From the human T2T-CHM13v2.0 reference genome, Homo sapiens, in the NCBI RefSeq assembly GCF_009914755.1, contig NC_060932.1: a stretch of DNA of 64,000 nt; one strand, written 5' to 3'. Every line of letters starts with the position of its first letter. Position 1 is the first letter of the stretch. Below the pieces are notes generated by a model. That model made no database searches. It saw only the letters and a program-made list of their open reading frames with translations, and was not told where the DNA came from. The position numbers and the translations under genes are program-made. This document shows positions 40,102 through 54,720 of the stretch, in pieces.

Positions 40102-40413
40102 CCATCATTCTCAGCAAACTATCACAAGGACAAAAAACCAAACACCACATGTTCTCACTCATAGGTGGGAATTGAACAATGAGAACACACGGACACAGGA
40201 AGGGGAACATCACACAACGGGGACTGTTGTGGGGTGGGAGGAGGGGGGAGGGATATCATTAGGAGATATACCTAATGCTAAATGACGAGTTAATGGGTGC
40301 AGCACACCAACATGGCACATGTATACACATGTAACAAACCTGCACATTGTGCATATGTACCCTAAAACTTAAAGTATAATAATAACAAAATTAAAAAATA
40401 AATAAAATAAAAA
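40102..40413 (+). mobile_element. Younger L1PA 3' end inserted in ORF1 of the host L1
   Basis: L1 3'UTR with poly-A. TSD agaata at 40096-40101 and 40414-40419. Confidence 0.9.
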
Positions 40414-43400
40414 AGAATATCGAGTGTAAAGAAGAACACAAATGACCTGATGGAGCTGAAAAACACAGCACGAGAACTTCGTGAAGCATAAGAAGTTTCA
40501 ATAGCTGAATCAATCAAGTGGAAGAAAGGATATCAGTGATTGAAGATCAAATTAATGAAATACAGAAAGAAGACATGATTAGAGAAAAAAGAGTGAAAAA
40601 CGAACAAAGCCTCCAAGAAATATGGGACTATGTGAAAAGACCAAATCTACATTTGATTGGTGTACCTGAAAGTGACAGGGAGAATGGAACCAAGTTAGAA
40701 AACACTCTTCAGGATATTATCCAGGAGAACATCCCCAACCTAGAAAGGCTGGCCAACATTCAAATTCAGGAAATACAGAGAACACCACAAAGATACTCCT
40801 CGAGAAGAGCAACCCCAAGACAAATAATCGTCAGATTCACCAAGGTTGAAATGAAGGAAAAAATGTTAAGGGCAGCCAGAGAGAAAGGTCAGGTTACCCA
40901 CAAAGGAAGTCCATCAGACTAACAGCAGCTCTCTCTGCAGAAACCATACAAGCCAGAGGAGAGTGGGGGCCAATATTCAACACTATTAAAGCAAAGAATT
41001 TTCAACACTGAATTTCATATCCAGCCAAACTAAGCTTCATAAGCGAAGGAGAAATAAAATCCTTTACAGACAAAGCAAATGCTGAGAGATTTTGTCACCA
41101 CCAGGCCTGCCTTACAAGAACTCCTGAGGAAAGCACTAAACATGGAAAGGAACAACCAGTACCAGCCACTGAAAATACATACCAAATTGTAAAGAACATT
41201 TACACTATGAAGAAACTGCACCAACTAATGGGCAAAATAAACAGCTAGCATCATAATGACAGGATCAACTTCACACATAACAATTTTAACCTTAAATGTA
41301 AACGGGATAAATGCCCCAATTAAAAGACACAGACTGGCTAATTGGATAAAGAGTCAAGACCCATCAATGTGCTGTATTCAGGAGACCCATCTCACGTGCA
41401 GAGACACACATAGGCTCAAAATAAAGAGATGGAGGATGATCTACCAAGCAAATGGAAAGCAAAAAAAGCAGGGGTTGCAATTCTAGTCTCTGATAAAACA
41501 GACTTTAAACCAACAAAGATCAAAAGAGACAAAGAAGGGCATTACATAATGGTAAAGGGATCAATGCAGCAAGAAGAGTTAACTACCCTAATTATATATG
41601 CACCCAATACAGGAGCACCCCGATTCATAAAGCAAGTTCTTAGAGACCTACAAAGAGACTTAGACTCCCACACATTAATAGTGGGAGACTTTAACACTGT
41701 CAGTATTAGACAGATCAATGAGACAGAAGGTTAATAAGGATATTCAGGACTTGAGCTAAACTCTGGACCAAGCAGACCTAATAGATATCTGCAGAACTCT
41801 CCCCCAAAAATCAACAGAATATACATTCCTCTCAGCACCGCATCACACTTATTCCAAAATGGACCACATAATTGGAAGTAAAACATTCCTCAGCAAATGC
41901 AAAAGAATGGAAATCATAACCAACAGTCTCTGAGACCACAGTGCAATCAAATTAGAGCTCAGGATTAAGAAACTCACTCAAAACCACACAACTAAATGGA
42001 AACTGAGCAACCTGCTCCTGAATGACTACTGGGTAAATAACGAAATGAAGGCAGAAATAAAGATGTTCTTTGAAACCAATGAGAACAAAGACACAACATA
42101 CCAGAATCTCTGGAACACATTTAAAGCAGTGTGTAGAGGGAAATTTATAGCACTAAATGCCCACAAGAGAAAGCAGGAAAGATCTAAAATTGACACCCTA
42201 ACATCAAAATTAAAAGAACTAGAGAAGCAACAGCAAACAAATTCAAAATCTAGCAGAAGACAAGAAATAACTAAGATCAGAGCAGAACTGAAGGAGATAC
42301 ACGAAAAACCCTTCAAAAAAAATCAATGAGACCAAGAGCTGGTTTTTTTGAAAAGATCAACAAAATAGACCACTAGCCAGACTAATAAGGAAGAAAAGAG
42401 AGAAGAATCAAATAGATGCAATAAAAAATGATATAGGGGATATCACCACTGATTCCACAGAAATACAAACTACCATCAGAGAATGCTATAAACACCTCCA
42501 TGCAAATAAACTAGAAAATCTAGAAGAAGGGGATAAATTCATGGATACATACACCCCCACCAAGTCTAAACCAGGAAGAAGTCAGATCCCTGAATAAACC
42601 AATAACAAGTTCTAAAATGAGGCAGTAATTCATAGCCTACCAACTAAAAAAAAGTCCAAGACCAGATGGATTCACAGCTGAATTCTACCAGAGGTACAAA
42701 GAGGAGCTGGTACCATTCCTTCTGAAACTATTCCAAACACTAGAAAAAGAGGGAATCCTCCCTATCTCATTTTATGAGGCCAGCATCATCTTGATACCAA
42801 AACCTGGCAGAGACACAACAAAAAAAGAAAATTTCAGCCCAATATCCCTGATGAACATCAATGTGAAAATCCTCGATAAAATACTGGCAAACCGAATCCA
42901 GCAGCACATCAAAAAGCTTATCCACCACTATCAAGTCGGCGTCATCCCTAGGATGCAAGGCTGGTTCCACATATGCAAATCAATAAATGTGATCCATCAC
43001 ATGAACAGAACCACATGACAAAAACCACATGATTATCTCAATAGATGCAGAAAAGGCCTTTGATAAAATTCAACACCCCTTCATGCCAAAAATTCTCAAT
43101 AAACTAGATATCGATGGAACAGATCTCAAAATAATAAGAGCTATTTATGACAAACCCACAGCCAATATTATACTGAATGGGCAAAAACTGGAACCATTCC
43201 CTTTGAAAACCGGCACAAGACAAGGATACACTCTCTCACCGCTCTGATTCAACATAGTATTGGAAGTTCCAGCCAGGGCAATCAGGCAAGGGAAATAAAT
43301 AAAAGGTATTCAAATAGGAAGAGAGGAAGTCAAGTTGTCTCTGTTTGCAGATCACATGATTGTATATTTAGAAAACCCCATCATCTCAGCCCAAAATCTC

Positions 43401-44446
43401 CTTAAGCTGATAAGCAACTTCAGCAAAGTCTCAGGATACAAAATCAATATGAAAAAAATCAGAAGCATTCCTATACACCAATAACAGACAAACAGAGAGC
43501 CAAGTCATGAGTGAACTCCCATTCACAATTGCTACAAAGAGAATAAAATACCTAGGAATACAACTTACAAGGTATATGAAGAATCTCTTTAAGAAGAACT
43601 ACAAACCACTGCTCAAGGAAATAAGAGAGGACACAAACAAATGAAAAAACATTCCATGCTCATGGAAAGGAAGAATCAATATTATGAAGATGGCCATACT
43701 GCCCAAAGTAATTTACAGATTCAATGCTATCCCCATCAAGCTACCACTGACTTTCTTCTCAGAATTGGAAAAAAACTACTTTAAACTTCATATGCAACCA
43801 CAAAAGAGCCTGCATAGCCAAGGCAACCCTGGGCAAGAAGAACAAAGCTGGAGGCATCACGCTGACTTCAAACTATATTACAAGGCTACAGTAACCAAAA
43901 CAGCATTGTACTGGTACCAAAACGGAGATACAGACCAATGGAACAGAACAAAGGCCTCAGAAATAACACCACTCATCTACAACTATCTGATCTTTGACAA
44001 ACTGGACACAAACAAGCAACGGGGAAAAGATTACCTATTTAATAAATGGTGTTGGGAGAACTGGCTAGCCATATGCAGAAAACTGAAACTGGACCCCTTT
44101 CTTATACCTTATACAAAAATCAACTCAAGATGGATCAAAGACTTAATCATAAGACCTAGGACCAAAAAAATCCTAGAAGAAAACATGGGCAATACCATTC
44201 AGGACATAGGCATGGGCAAAGACTTCATGTCTAAAACACAAAAAGCAAAGGCAACAAAAGCCAAAATTGACAAATGGGATCTAATTAAACTAAAAAGCTT
44301 CTGCACAGCAAAAGAAACTATCATCAGAGTGAACAGGCAACCTACAGAATGGGAGAAAATTTTTGCAATCTAGCCACCTGACAGAGGGCTAATATCCAGA
44401 ACCTACAAAGAACTTAAACAAATTTACAAGAAAAAAATAAACAATC

Positions 44447-44575
44447 AGCCAGGTGTGGTGGCTCATGCCTGTAATCCCAGCACTTTGGGAGGCCAAGGCA
44501 GGTGGATCGCGAGGTCAGCAGAGCGAGACCATCCTGGCTAATGTGGTGAAACCCCATCTCTACTAAAAATAAAAA
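44447..44575 (+). mobile_element. Alu left monomer inserted in L1 ORF2
   Basis: Left arm only, ending in (AAAAAT)n; host L1 resumes at ccattaaaaag. Confidence 0.9.
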
Positions 44576-45493
44576 TAAAAATAAAAATCCATTAAAAAGG
44601 GGGCAAAGGATACGAACAGACACTTCTCAAAAGAAGACATTTATGCAGCCAACGGACATATGAAAAAATGCTCATCATCACTGTTCATTAGAGAAATGCA
44701 AATCAAAACCACAATGAGATACCATCTCATGCCAGTCAGACTGGTGATCATTAAAAAGTCAGGAAACAACAGATGCTGGAGAGGATGTGGAGAAATAAGA
44801 ACGCTTTTACACTGTTGGTGGGAGTGTAAATTAGTTCAACCATTGTGGAAGACAGTGTGGTGATTTCTCAATCAGAACTGGAAATACCATTTGACCCAGC
44901 AATCTCATTACTGGGCATATACCCAAAGGATTATAAATCATGCTACTCTAAAGACACATGCACACATATGTTTATTGCAGCACTATTCACACTAGCAAAG
45001 ACTTGGAACCAACCCAAATGTCCATCAATAATAGACTGGATAAATAAACTGTGGCTCAAATACACCATGGAATACTGTGCAGCCATGAAAAAGGATGAGT
45101 CCATGTCCTTTGCAGGGACATGGATGAAACTGGAAACCATCATTCTCAGTAAACTATCACAAGAACAGGAAACAAAACACCGCATATTCTCATTCATAAG
45201 TGGGAGTTGAACAATGAGAACCATGGACACAGGGAAGGGAACATCACACACTGGTGCCTGTCAGGGGGTGGGGGTCTAGGGGAGGCATAACATTAGGAGA
45301 AATACCTAACATAGATGATGGGTTGATGGGTGCAGCAAACCACCATGGCCCATGTATACCTATGTAACAAAATTTCATATTCTGCACATGTACCCCAGAA
45401 CTTAAAGTATAATTAAATATACATATGTTGTAAATTTTTTTGCAATGTGTTTAAAAGTATAGACTAGTTACAAACTCTTACAAATGAAGATTT

Positions 45494-45599
45494 TATATAT
45501 ATCTTATATGTACACAAAAGATATATGTGTATGTATATATATATATATATATCTTATATATACATAAAAGATATATGTGTGTGTGCATATATATATATA
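45494..45599. repeat. TA-rich repeat with ~55-bp duplicated unit
   Basis: atatatcttatat...aaaagatatatgtgt occurs twice. Confidence 0.85.
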
Positions 45600-46830
45600 A
45601 TGTCTTGGAAACACGAAAGATTTGGCAAAACTGAACCATTTTCCTCCATGGCAATAATCTTCCAGTGTTAACTCTCCCCAGTTCCCACCTAGCCAGCCTC
45701 ACACTTTTGATACCTGTCTACCCCCATGATTCCAAATGGTAGCAATGAGTACTCATAACCTCTGCACAGCATGATTAATTTCTACATTCTATAATTTTAT
45801 CGTTATTTTGTATCAACAGTCAGAGTCAAGAGTAATACAACTTATGTTGCAGTAAGTAGAATTCCAAAATGCAACCCCCTGCCCAAGATTTTCTACCCTA
45901 CTTCCCAGGACTGTGAAAATGATTATGTAAAGAGATTTTGCAAATGTAGTTAGAGGTTACCAATCAGCTGACTCTGAGTTAGTTGAAGGAAAAATTATTC
46001 TAGCAGGCCCAATCTAATCACACAAGTCTTTTTAAATTGGAGTATTTATCTGACTGGTAGTAGAAAGTAAAAAGATTCCACATAGGGAAAGGATTTGTTG
46101 TGCTGTTGCTGGCTTTGAAGATGAATAGGGGCACTGCAAGGACCAGCCTTGAGGAGCTGAGAGTGACCTTGGCTGAGAGTCAAAAAAGAAAGGGACCTCA
46201 ATCACTCAGCTGTAAAGAACTGCATTCTGCCAACAGCCTGAATGTCTTTGGAAATGGATTCTTCCTCACAGCCTCCATATAAGAGCCCAGCATTGATGAC
46301 ACTTTGATTTCTGCCTTATGGGACATTAAGGAGGAAGCCCAGCTGAGCTCCCCTAGACTCTTGACCTGCAGAGATGAGCTAATACGTGGGTGTTGGTCTA
46401 AGCTGCTAAGTTTATGGTAACGTGTTCTAATAGCAATAGAAAATTGATATATACTGTAGAAGATACAATCGAGAAAAATTTTATCCTTGCTGCCAAGATG
46501 GAGAAGTAGAGGAATCTGTCATCTGGGGGAATCTGGCTGTCTCCTAAGAGGTCTCTCTAAGTGGAATCTATTACACAAGAAAATTTGCCGTAATTCAGCA
46601 TCTGCAGTCTGAGACTTGTAGGCTCAGAAACATGTTTACTTTCAATAAACTTAGATATATCTCAGGGGAAGACTCAAATTATCCAAGCTCTTGGTGCTGA
46701 GGTATAAAACCAAAATATCTTGTAATGATTCACAGCGACCTTAGTAAGACCCAAGATAACTAAAATACGAATGGCATCATGACCACCACAGTCATTTGGG
46801 AAATAGAATTGTAATTCCACTTACAAACCA
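45600..46830 (-). pseudogene. Decayed death-domain segments flanking an MLT1E insertion
   Basis: HDAIRILVILGLTKVAVNHYK/DNLSLPLRYI*VY*K...ADAELRQIF (46830-46455); and VSKV*GWLGGNWGELTLE (~45715-45660; compare PIDD1 SVAGRLGLDWPAVALH). Confidence 0.55.
45848..46451 (+). mobile_element. MLT1E-type MaLR LTR
   Basis: accaatcagctgactctgagtta, gaactgcattctgccaacagcctgaatg, gcaatagaaaattgatata end. Confidence 0.85.
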
Positions 46831-46859
46831 CACTTTGATTAAGGTTCTTACAGTTAAAA

Positions 46860-48330
<1,471 letters not shown>

Positions 48331-48899
48331 GAGTACAGAATAAATCAAAAGCATCTTAAGATCTAATATCTGAGTTCATGCACACAATATGGTAGACATT
48401 TGGCTATTTTTCTCCCAATGGTGGTGCCCCCTTCATTCTCATGTACCCAGTCTCCTCATCCATTCCCTCCCCTTCTACTAAAACTGCTCCCAGGAAAGTG
48501 TCTTATAAACTCATTTTCAATAAGGCACTGATACTTATAATTCATTTAAATCCCCAACTATTGAATACCTTTTATTGGTCAGGCTCTAAGCTAGGCTTTC
48601 GGGGATATAGGACTAAATCAGCCACAGAGTTTATCTGAGAAAGGCGTATTAGTTTAGTGGTAAGATACACAATCAAAAGCAGTAAGAGTTTGTAGGTGCA
48701 ACAATAATAATATTTGCAACAATTCATTAAGTACTTGACTATGTGCCTCTCAGTGAGCAAAGCGCTTCGTAATCATCTCATTTCACCTTCAGAACAATGT
48801 AAGCACTACATTCTCATGTTTCACCACTCATGCTCCATTTATGAGTGGTTAAAGGAGCAAATGTTTCAGATGTTGAAACTAGCATGGTGCCATTTTTAG

Positions 48900-49265
48900 T
48901 CTAAGCCACAGTCCAATATAGTATATAAAATTGAGCCACACAAATAAATTGCTTGGAGTCAATAGGGTGAGGGAAGACATCTGTAGGTCATCTCTGCTAG
49001 TGAGCCCCAACCTTGGATGACCTGCAGATGTTAAATGCTGCATGCAAAACAACTACACAGAATTCAGAGAATAGGGAGTGCTGGATGGGACCCTGACTGT
49101 TGATGTACTGGAACCTTTTCTTCAGCTGACTCATATGGTACCATTTAGAAATAAATCCTTTTGTTGGTGGTAGAAAGAATCTCTTGCTTAAGTGGCAAAT
49201 GATTGGAGCTGTTCATTTTGGGGCTTTAGACCAAAACGCAAAAGACAATGATCAACCTAAATAAT
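48900..49265 (-). pseudogene. Decayed death-domain exon
   Basis: Acceptor cccttcttcttag. FGLKPQNEQLQSFAT*ARDSFYHQQK/GFISKW...VLHAAFNICRSSKVG...IDSKQFICVAQFYILYW. Confidence 0.55.
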
Positions 49266-49289
49266 CTAAGAAGAAGGGAATGCACAATT

Positions 49290-49630
49290 CTAAAACTGGG
49301 ATCTAACTCCTTGATAGCCAGTCAATGATATGATAGGATAAATGTTCTATGAGTTTCGATTGAGTCTGTGGTTCCAGTATGAACCCATTGTTGGATGACT
49401 GGATGATCAATGGAACAGCCATAAAAATGGGAAAATAGAAAAAGGAGCAGGGGAAAAATAATGAATGTAGTTTTGTAAATGCTGTTTGTAGGGTATCTGT
49501 GGTCACTGAGGTAGAAGTATCTAGGGGGCACAAATAGGAATGGCTTTCAAAAGACAGAGCTGGACTAGAGATGTAAATCATAGTAGTAATATTTATCTAG
49601 AATGAACATATAAGGAGAGAAAGAAGGAGT
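49290..49630 (-). mobile_element. L2 fragment
   Basis: Antisense L2 (gagctggactagagatgtaaat...). Confidence 0.65.
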
Positions 49631-49908
49631 AAGAGTAAACCACAGAAATTGCAAAAATTTAAAGAGCAAAGGAAAGACTCTTTTGAACAGATGGAAACAG
49701 ACACAACAGAGAAATATTTTTAAAATAATAATGAGAAAAAGGGCTGTCAAGGAAATAAATGGAAATGAAAATTTCAAAAAGGATGAAAATAACCAGAAAT
49801 TTGTTCTCAAGATATTTTATTATTCATATCTTAAAAATCCAATTTCTACTTTATTACATACAAAAAAATAAATTTCAGGTTGATGAAAAACTAAAATATG
49901 AAAGGCAC

Positions 49909-50266
49909 TGATATGGTTTGGCTCTGTGTCTCCACCCAAACCTAATATCAAATTGTAATCCCCACATGTTGGAGGAAGGTCCTGGTGGGAGATGATTGGA
50001 TTATGGGGGTGGATTTCTTCCTTGCTGTTCTTGTGATAGTGAGTGAGTTCTCACAAGAGCTGATGGTTTTAATGTGTGCCACTACCTGCCCCACTCCTGC
50101 CACCATGTAAGATGTACTTTGCTTCCCTTTCACCTTCCGCCATGATTATAAGTTTCCTGAGGCCCCCCAAGCCATGCAGAACTGTGATTCAATTAAACCT
50201 CTTTTCTTTATAAATGACCAAATCTCAGGTAGTTTTTCATAGCAGTGTGAAAATGAAGTAATAACA
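49909..50266 (+). mobile_element. THE1D/MSTA-type MaLR solo LTR
   Basis: tgatatggtttggctctgtgtc start, CA end, 5-bp TSD g(g/t)cac. Confidence 0.9.
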
Positions 50267-50731
50267 GTCACTACTTAAGAAACTTTAGAAAGAAAACAGC
50301 TTTATAAATTGTAGATACGAGATACAAGAAATCACAAGCTACACGGATTAATTGATTTGTCACAATAAACTTTAAAATACATTTTCAAAAAAATAGAAAA
50401 CAAAAGCATAAATAAAAAGACAAGCCCAAGACTTGGAAAAGATACATTTAATGCATGTATCCAAAAAACTGAGTATTTAAAATATATAAAGAACTCACAC
50501 ACACACACACGCACGCACACAGACACAATCAATAACAAAATAATCAATAGAAAAGTAGTCAAAAGATATGAGCAGAAAATCCATAAGAAAATCTGAATCG
50601 CTAATATAAACATTTGAAAAACACTTTAAACTTCAATGAAATGAACAATTTAAGCAATTAGATATTATTTCACACTCATCAGATTGGCCAAACTATAAAA
50701 CAATGACAGTGCCCACTGCAAAGAGGTAAAG

Positions 50732-51477
50732 CAGTGTTTCCCAAGCTGGACACTTGTCACTGGGGGCCAGATAATTCTGTAGTGTGGTGGATGTCCCGCA
50801 CATTGTAGGATGTTTAGCAAATGGTAATTACCAAGATTTTTAGAATGCAGTTTCTCATTTGCCAGGGAAATGACCATAAAATAATTTCCCACTAGATTTT
50901 TTTATCTGTTACCTTGCTAGCAAGCAGTCTATTGGGAACATTTTATTAACCCTTTATTAAACTGCTACTTGTTTTGCTTCCATTACCTAGATGAGCAGTA
51001 TCCAATAGAAATACAACACAAGCCACAGGTGATTTTCTAATAGCTATTTCATTGATAATCAATGAGATTTTACAACAGCTGCATTTCAAATTCTCCCTGA
51101 CAAGACTACGTGCATAGATCTCTTGAGCCTTGCAAATGTGCTTTGCCTGGTGAATACACATTGTAACCCTTCTGGGTTGCTAATAACCAAGTGGTTTGTA
51201 TATAGTGGAGCTAACTTAGGGAGGCTGGTTCCAAGACTCATTCATATTCATTATATGAACATCTCTGGAAATGTAAACTTATGTTTATATGATTGTTATC
51301 TAGAAATTTAAAAAGAAAGAAAAGGATGTTTAGCAGTATATTCCTTGCCTTTTCCCACTAGATGTCAATAGAATGACCCCACCCCCACTGGTTGTGACAA
51401 CTTAAAATATCTCTACACATTACCAAATGTCACCTAGAGGGCAAAATCACCCCCCACCTCCATTGAGAAGCACCAGT
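50732..51477 (+). mobile_element. MER20 hAT transposon split by a 503-bp insertion
   Basis: MER20 5' half (gggccagataattct...cattgtaggatgtttagca) and 3' half (ttgtgacaac...gggcaaaatcaccccc...ttgagaagcac). Confidence 0.85.
50820..51322 (+). other. Orphan TSD-flanked insertion, probable retrocopy of an mRNA/3'UTR fragment
   Basis: 13-bp TSD aggatgtttagca (50807-50819, 51323-51335), A-rich 3' end, not recognisable as a repeat. Confidence 0.65.
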
Positions 51478-51909
51478 GTCAAACACTGCTGGTGAAAGTG
51501 TAAATTGTTACAATTTTCAGAAGTAAACTGGCAATAACTAGTAAAACTGAAGAGGTACAGAATCTATGATCAAATAAGGTATTTTTAATTCTATAGCTTG
51601 GAGAAATCTCACCTAAGTGCTCCAAAAGACATGTCCAAAAATGTTGCAGCATTGATTGACTATTGAAAATTTGAGAACAATCTAAATATTGATCAAGGAG
51701 AATAGAGAAACTGTGCGAAATTCTTCAATGCAATACTATGCAAAATAAAACAAAACACAAATAACAACAATAATTATCAACATAGTTAAACTTCACAAAC
51801 ATAACATGAAACGGGAAAATGTTACAGTAGGACAGATAGATGATGCCATTAATGGAAAGCTTGAAAACATGAAATACAATTTCACGTATTGTTTATGGAT
51901 GCATATACA

Positions 51910-52508
51910 TGTAGTAAGTCACGGTTGATGGCAGGTGATATTCCAAATGCTTTGAAAGGCAAAAGAGAAGAAACAGACATTTTGCTCCAAAGGTCAGTGT
52001 AAAAGTGTACACTCCAAAGGTCAGTGTAAAAAGAAGCCACTACATCTCATTCACATTGTTGTGACTGTTGCTGGCCTTGTTGGCATAGAGCAGCAGCCTG
52101 GCCTGCAGCTTCTCCAGGCATGCAGCTTCTCTAGGTGCACAGCTTTTCCAGGTCCACAGATCCTCCCTCAGCTTCTCTGAGTACAATGCCAAGTGTGTGT
52201 GCTGCTCCATGGCAAAGGGTACCCAGCTTCTTTTACATTACCTTCATCATTGAGGTTGGAGGCAGTGAAATACTGACTTATGTTCCATTTTATTCTCACT
52301 CTGCCCCACTTCATGTCTATCTTGTCTTCTTCACTACTGACCTTACTAAACTATAGTAATTTCAGGCCCATGACCAGAGGCAGAGGCAATAGTCTTTCAC
52401 TTCTTCGACAGCTTCTACAATCATGTAAAACCTAATCTCCATCACACATCCCTTATTTCATATCACTCAAAGTGGTTCTGCTTTCCTGCTGGAACACTAA
52501 CTGATACA
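51910..52508 (+). mobile_element. ERVL LTR (MLT2-like)
   Basis: Ends ggttctgctttcctgctggaacactaactgataca. Confidence 0.6.
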
Positions 52509-53184
52509 ATATGTTTGAATGTTAAATAACATACATAGATTAGCAGTAGCCTCTGGGGATGGAGGGAGGAGAATGGATTAGCTGTGGCTCACCAAGGTCT
52601 TCAACATTATTTATATACTAAATTATAAATGTGTCCATAGTTTATTCTTTATGGTAAATTATAAAATTGTATATGTTATAATGAACTTTCATGTGTGAAT
52701 TTCTTAAGCCAGTTGCTAAGTACCCAATAACTGAATGAACAAATGAGTGAAACTGGGCAATTTACTGAACCTCTCATTTTTTATTTCCTTATCTGCAAAA
52801 TAATAGGATTAAATTATGTTTATGTGCCATCCAGGTCTAAAAGTTCTTGAGCTCCATTAGTAAAATCTATTGATATATAACTTGTCAAGAAATAAAATAC
52901 CTGTTTTCAAATATTTGAATGCCATCATGGAAGATGGTGATTTTTTTCTACCCTATATTGTTTTTAAGAGTACTACAAGAAACAATTGCCTACCAATTAA
53001 ACTTGCCCGCCAAAGGCAGAAGAGAACTTTAAAAGTAATGTGTTCACTCATCCTGGGACAATACAGGCAAAAGACAGATGAGGACTTATCATGGGGATAC
53101 AGAAGAACTTACCATCTTGGGAAAGTGATAAAGCTGGATGGTCTCTAACATTTACCTAAACTTGAATTGGCTATTTTTTGTACA

Positions 53185-53680
53185 TACATTTTCCATTTCA
53201 ACTATTAGCTTAGAAGTTTACAAAAGAACAGTCCAGTTTTTTTTTTTCTATTATAACAGATACAGCATTACCATTTGTAATCGTTGATCAAGGCATAAGC
53301 AATTTCTTGCTTGTCAATTTGAACATCTAGCCAGGAATAAATAGCACACAGTATGTGTAATGCAATCTTCAAAGCGTTTTATTGGAACAGTTCTTAGACC
53401 TCATACAAGGAAATAAAAAAATAAGAAATGTAAATGAATGTGATGTCAGACTGAGGAAGCAAGTCTCTAGAGATCCCTGGAAGTTAGAATGGATTTTAAA
53501 ATTCATTATGATTGAATTATAAAATAAATGAAAACCAGCAGGGTTAAATATGAGGTTGATGGGAGCAAGAAAAGAAAGTTATTTGGATACCCATGGCAGG
53601 GAGCATGCAAGTTCAGGTTCACCTCTAGGGCAAGGAAGAATTTTCTTCAAGGTTCTTCTCTTTCAGTGTTTACTCTGTAG
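53185..53680 (-). pseudogene. Death domain split by a 191-nt phase-1 intron (53400-53590)
   Basis: LKEKNL/FLALEV/*TCMLPAMG|LRTVPIKRFEDCITHTVCY/IYSWLDVQIDKQEIAYALIN. The GT-AG junction rebuilds the Gly codon. Confidence 0.7.
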
Positions 53681-53809
53681 CAGGCACTGTGACTGTGCGA
53701 GTCACTTGAAATACAAAGTCTGAGAAAATGGGGTATTGACTGTTCAGAAGCTCATGCTTTTGGAGTGGGGGTTGGGGGGAGCAGACATATGCAACTGAGA
53801 GCAAATAAT

Positions 53810-54085
53810 AATAGTAAAGTAATAGCTAAAATCTACTAGACACTAACCATGTGCCATATACTATCCTATGTATTTTACATACATTAGCGCATTTCATTCT
53901 CACATCAACCCTATAAGATAGGTACTGTTATTATTCCTGTTTTATAGTTACTAAACATGAGGAACAGATGAGTTAAGGATCTTACTTAGGTCACACAGCT
54001 CTTAAGTGGCAGAGCCAGGATTCAGACCGAAGTAGATCTAGATCCAGAGTCTGTGCTCCTGACAAAATAACGTATTGTCTCTTTC
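53810..54085 (-). mobile_element. MIR SINE
   Basis: aggtcacacagct...aagtggcagagccaggattc core. Confidence 0.9.
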
Positions 54086-54317
54086 AATATTATAATGTTT
54101 GAGGGCTAAGAAGTCTGAAGATTGGTACTTCAAAAATCTTTACAAGTATTCTTATTGTTTTAATAATATATTCTTTAATAGCCCTGAAATACAGATTTTT
54201 AGTCCTAAGTGGAAATAAGACAGAGACATTGCATAAAATTTAGCACAGATTAAGGCAGAGACATATATTTATCTGATAGTTCAGGCCCCAAGACGCTTAT
54301 TAATGCCAAACAGGGCC

Positions 54318-54720
54318 TGTATTAGGCCATTCTTGCATTGCTATAAAGAAATACCTGAGACTGAGTAATTTGTAAAGAAAAGAGGTTTAATTGGCTTACA
54401 GTTCTGCAGGCTGTACAAGCACGTCATGGACATTTCCCAACTTCTAAGAAGCAATGCAGACAGAAAGCGAGCACATCACATGGCGGAAGCAGGAGCGAGA
54501 GAGAGAGACAGTGGGGAGTGATATGTCACACACTTTTAAACCACCAAATCGCTCAAGAATTCAATCACTATCACAAGAACAGCACCAAAGGGATGGTGCT
54601 AAACCATTTATGAGAAATCCAGCCCCATGGTTCACTTACCTCCCACCAGGCCCCACTTCCAACATTGGGGATTACAATTCAACATGAGATTTGGGTGGTG
54701 AAAATATCCAAACTGTATCA
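54318..54720 (-). mobile_element. MST (MSTA/B) MaLR solo LTR
   Basis: tgtattaggccattcttgcattgctataaag...aactgtatca; TSD (g/a)ggcc. Confidence 0.9.

Larger units (their letters stand above)
39008..45417 (+). mobile_element. Near full-length L1PA (L1PA7/8-like), inactivated
   Basis: Partial 5'UTR, ORF1 (QEIWDYVKRPNL), ORF2 EN (MTGSTSHITILTLNVNG), RT and C-terminus, and 3'UTR. Many stops and frameshifts. Confidence 0.97.
50280..51910 (+). mobile_element. L1ME-type fragment hosting MER20
   Basis: Degraded L1 ORF2 C-terminus and 3' sequence on both sides of MER20. Confidence 0.65.

Noticed and set aside
40518-45210. L1 ORF1/ORF2 ORFs as functional CDS
   Set aside because: Fragmented by many stops, frameshifts and two nested insertions.
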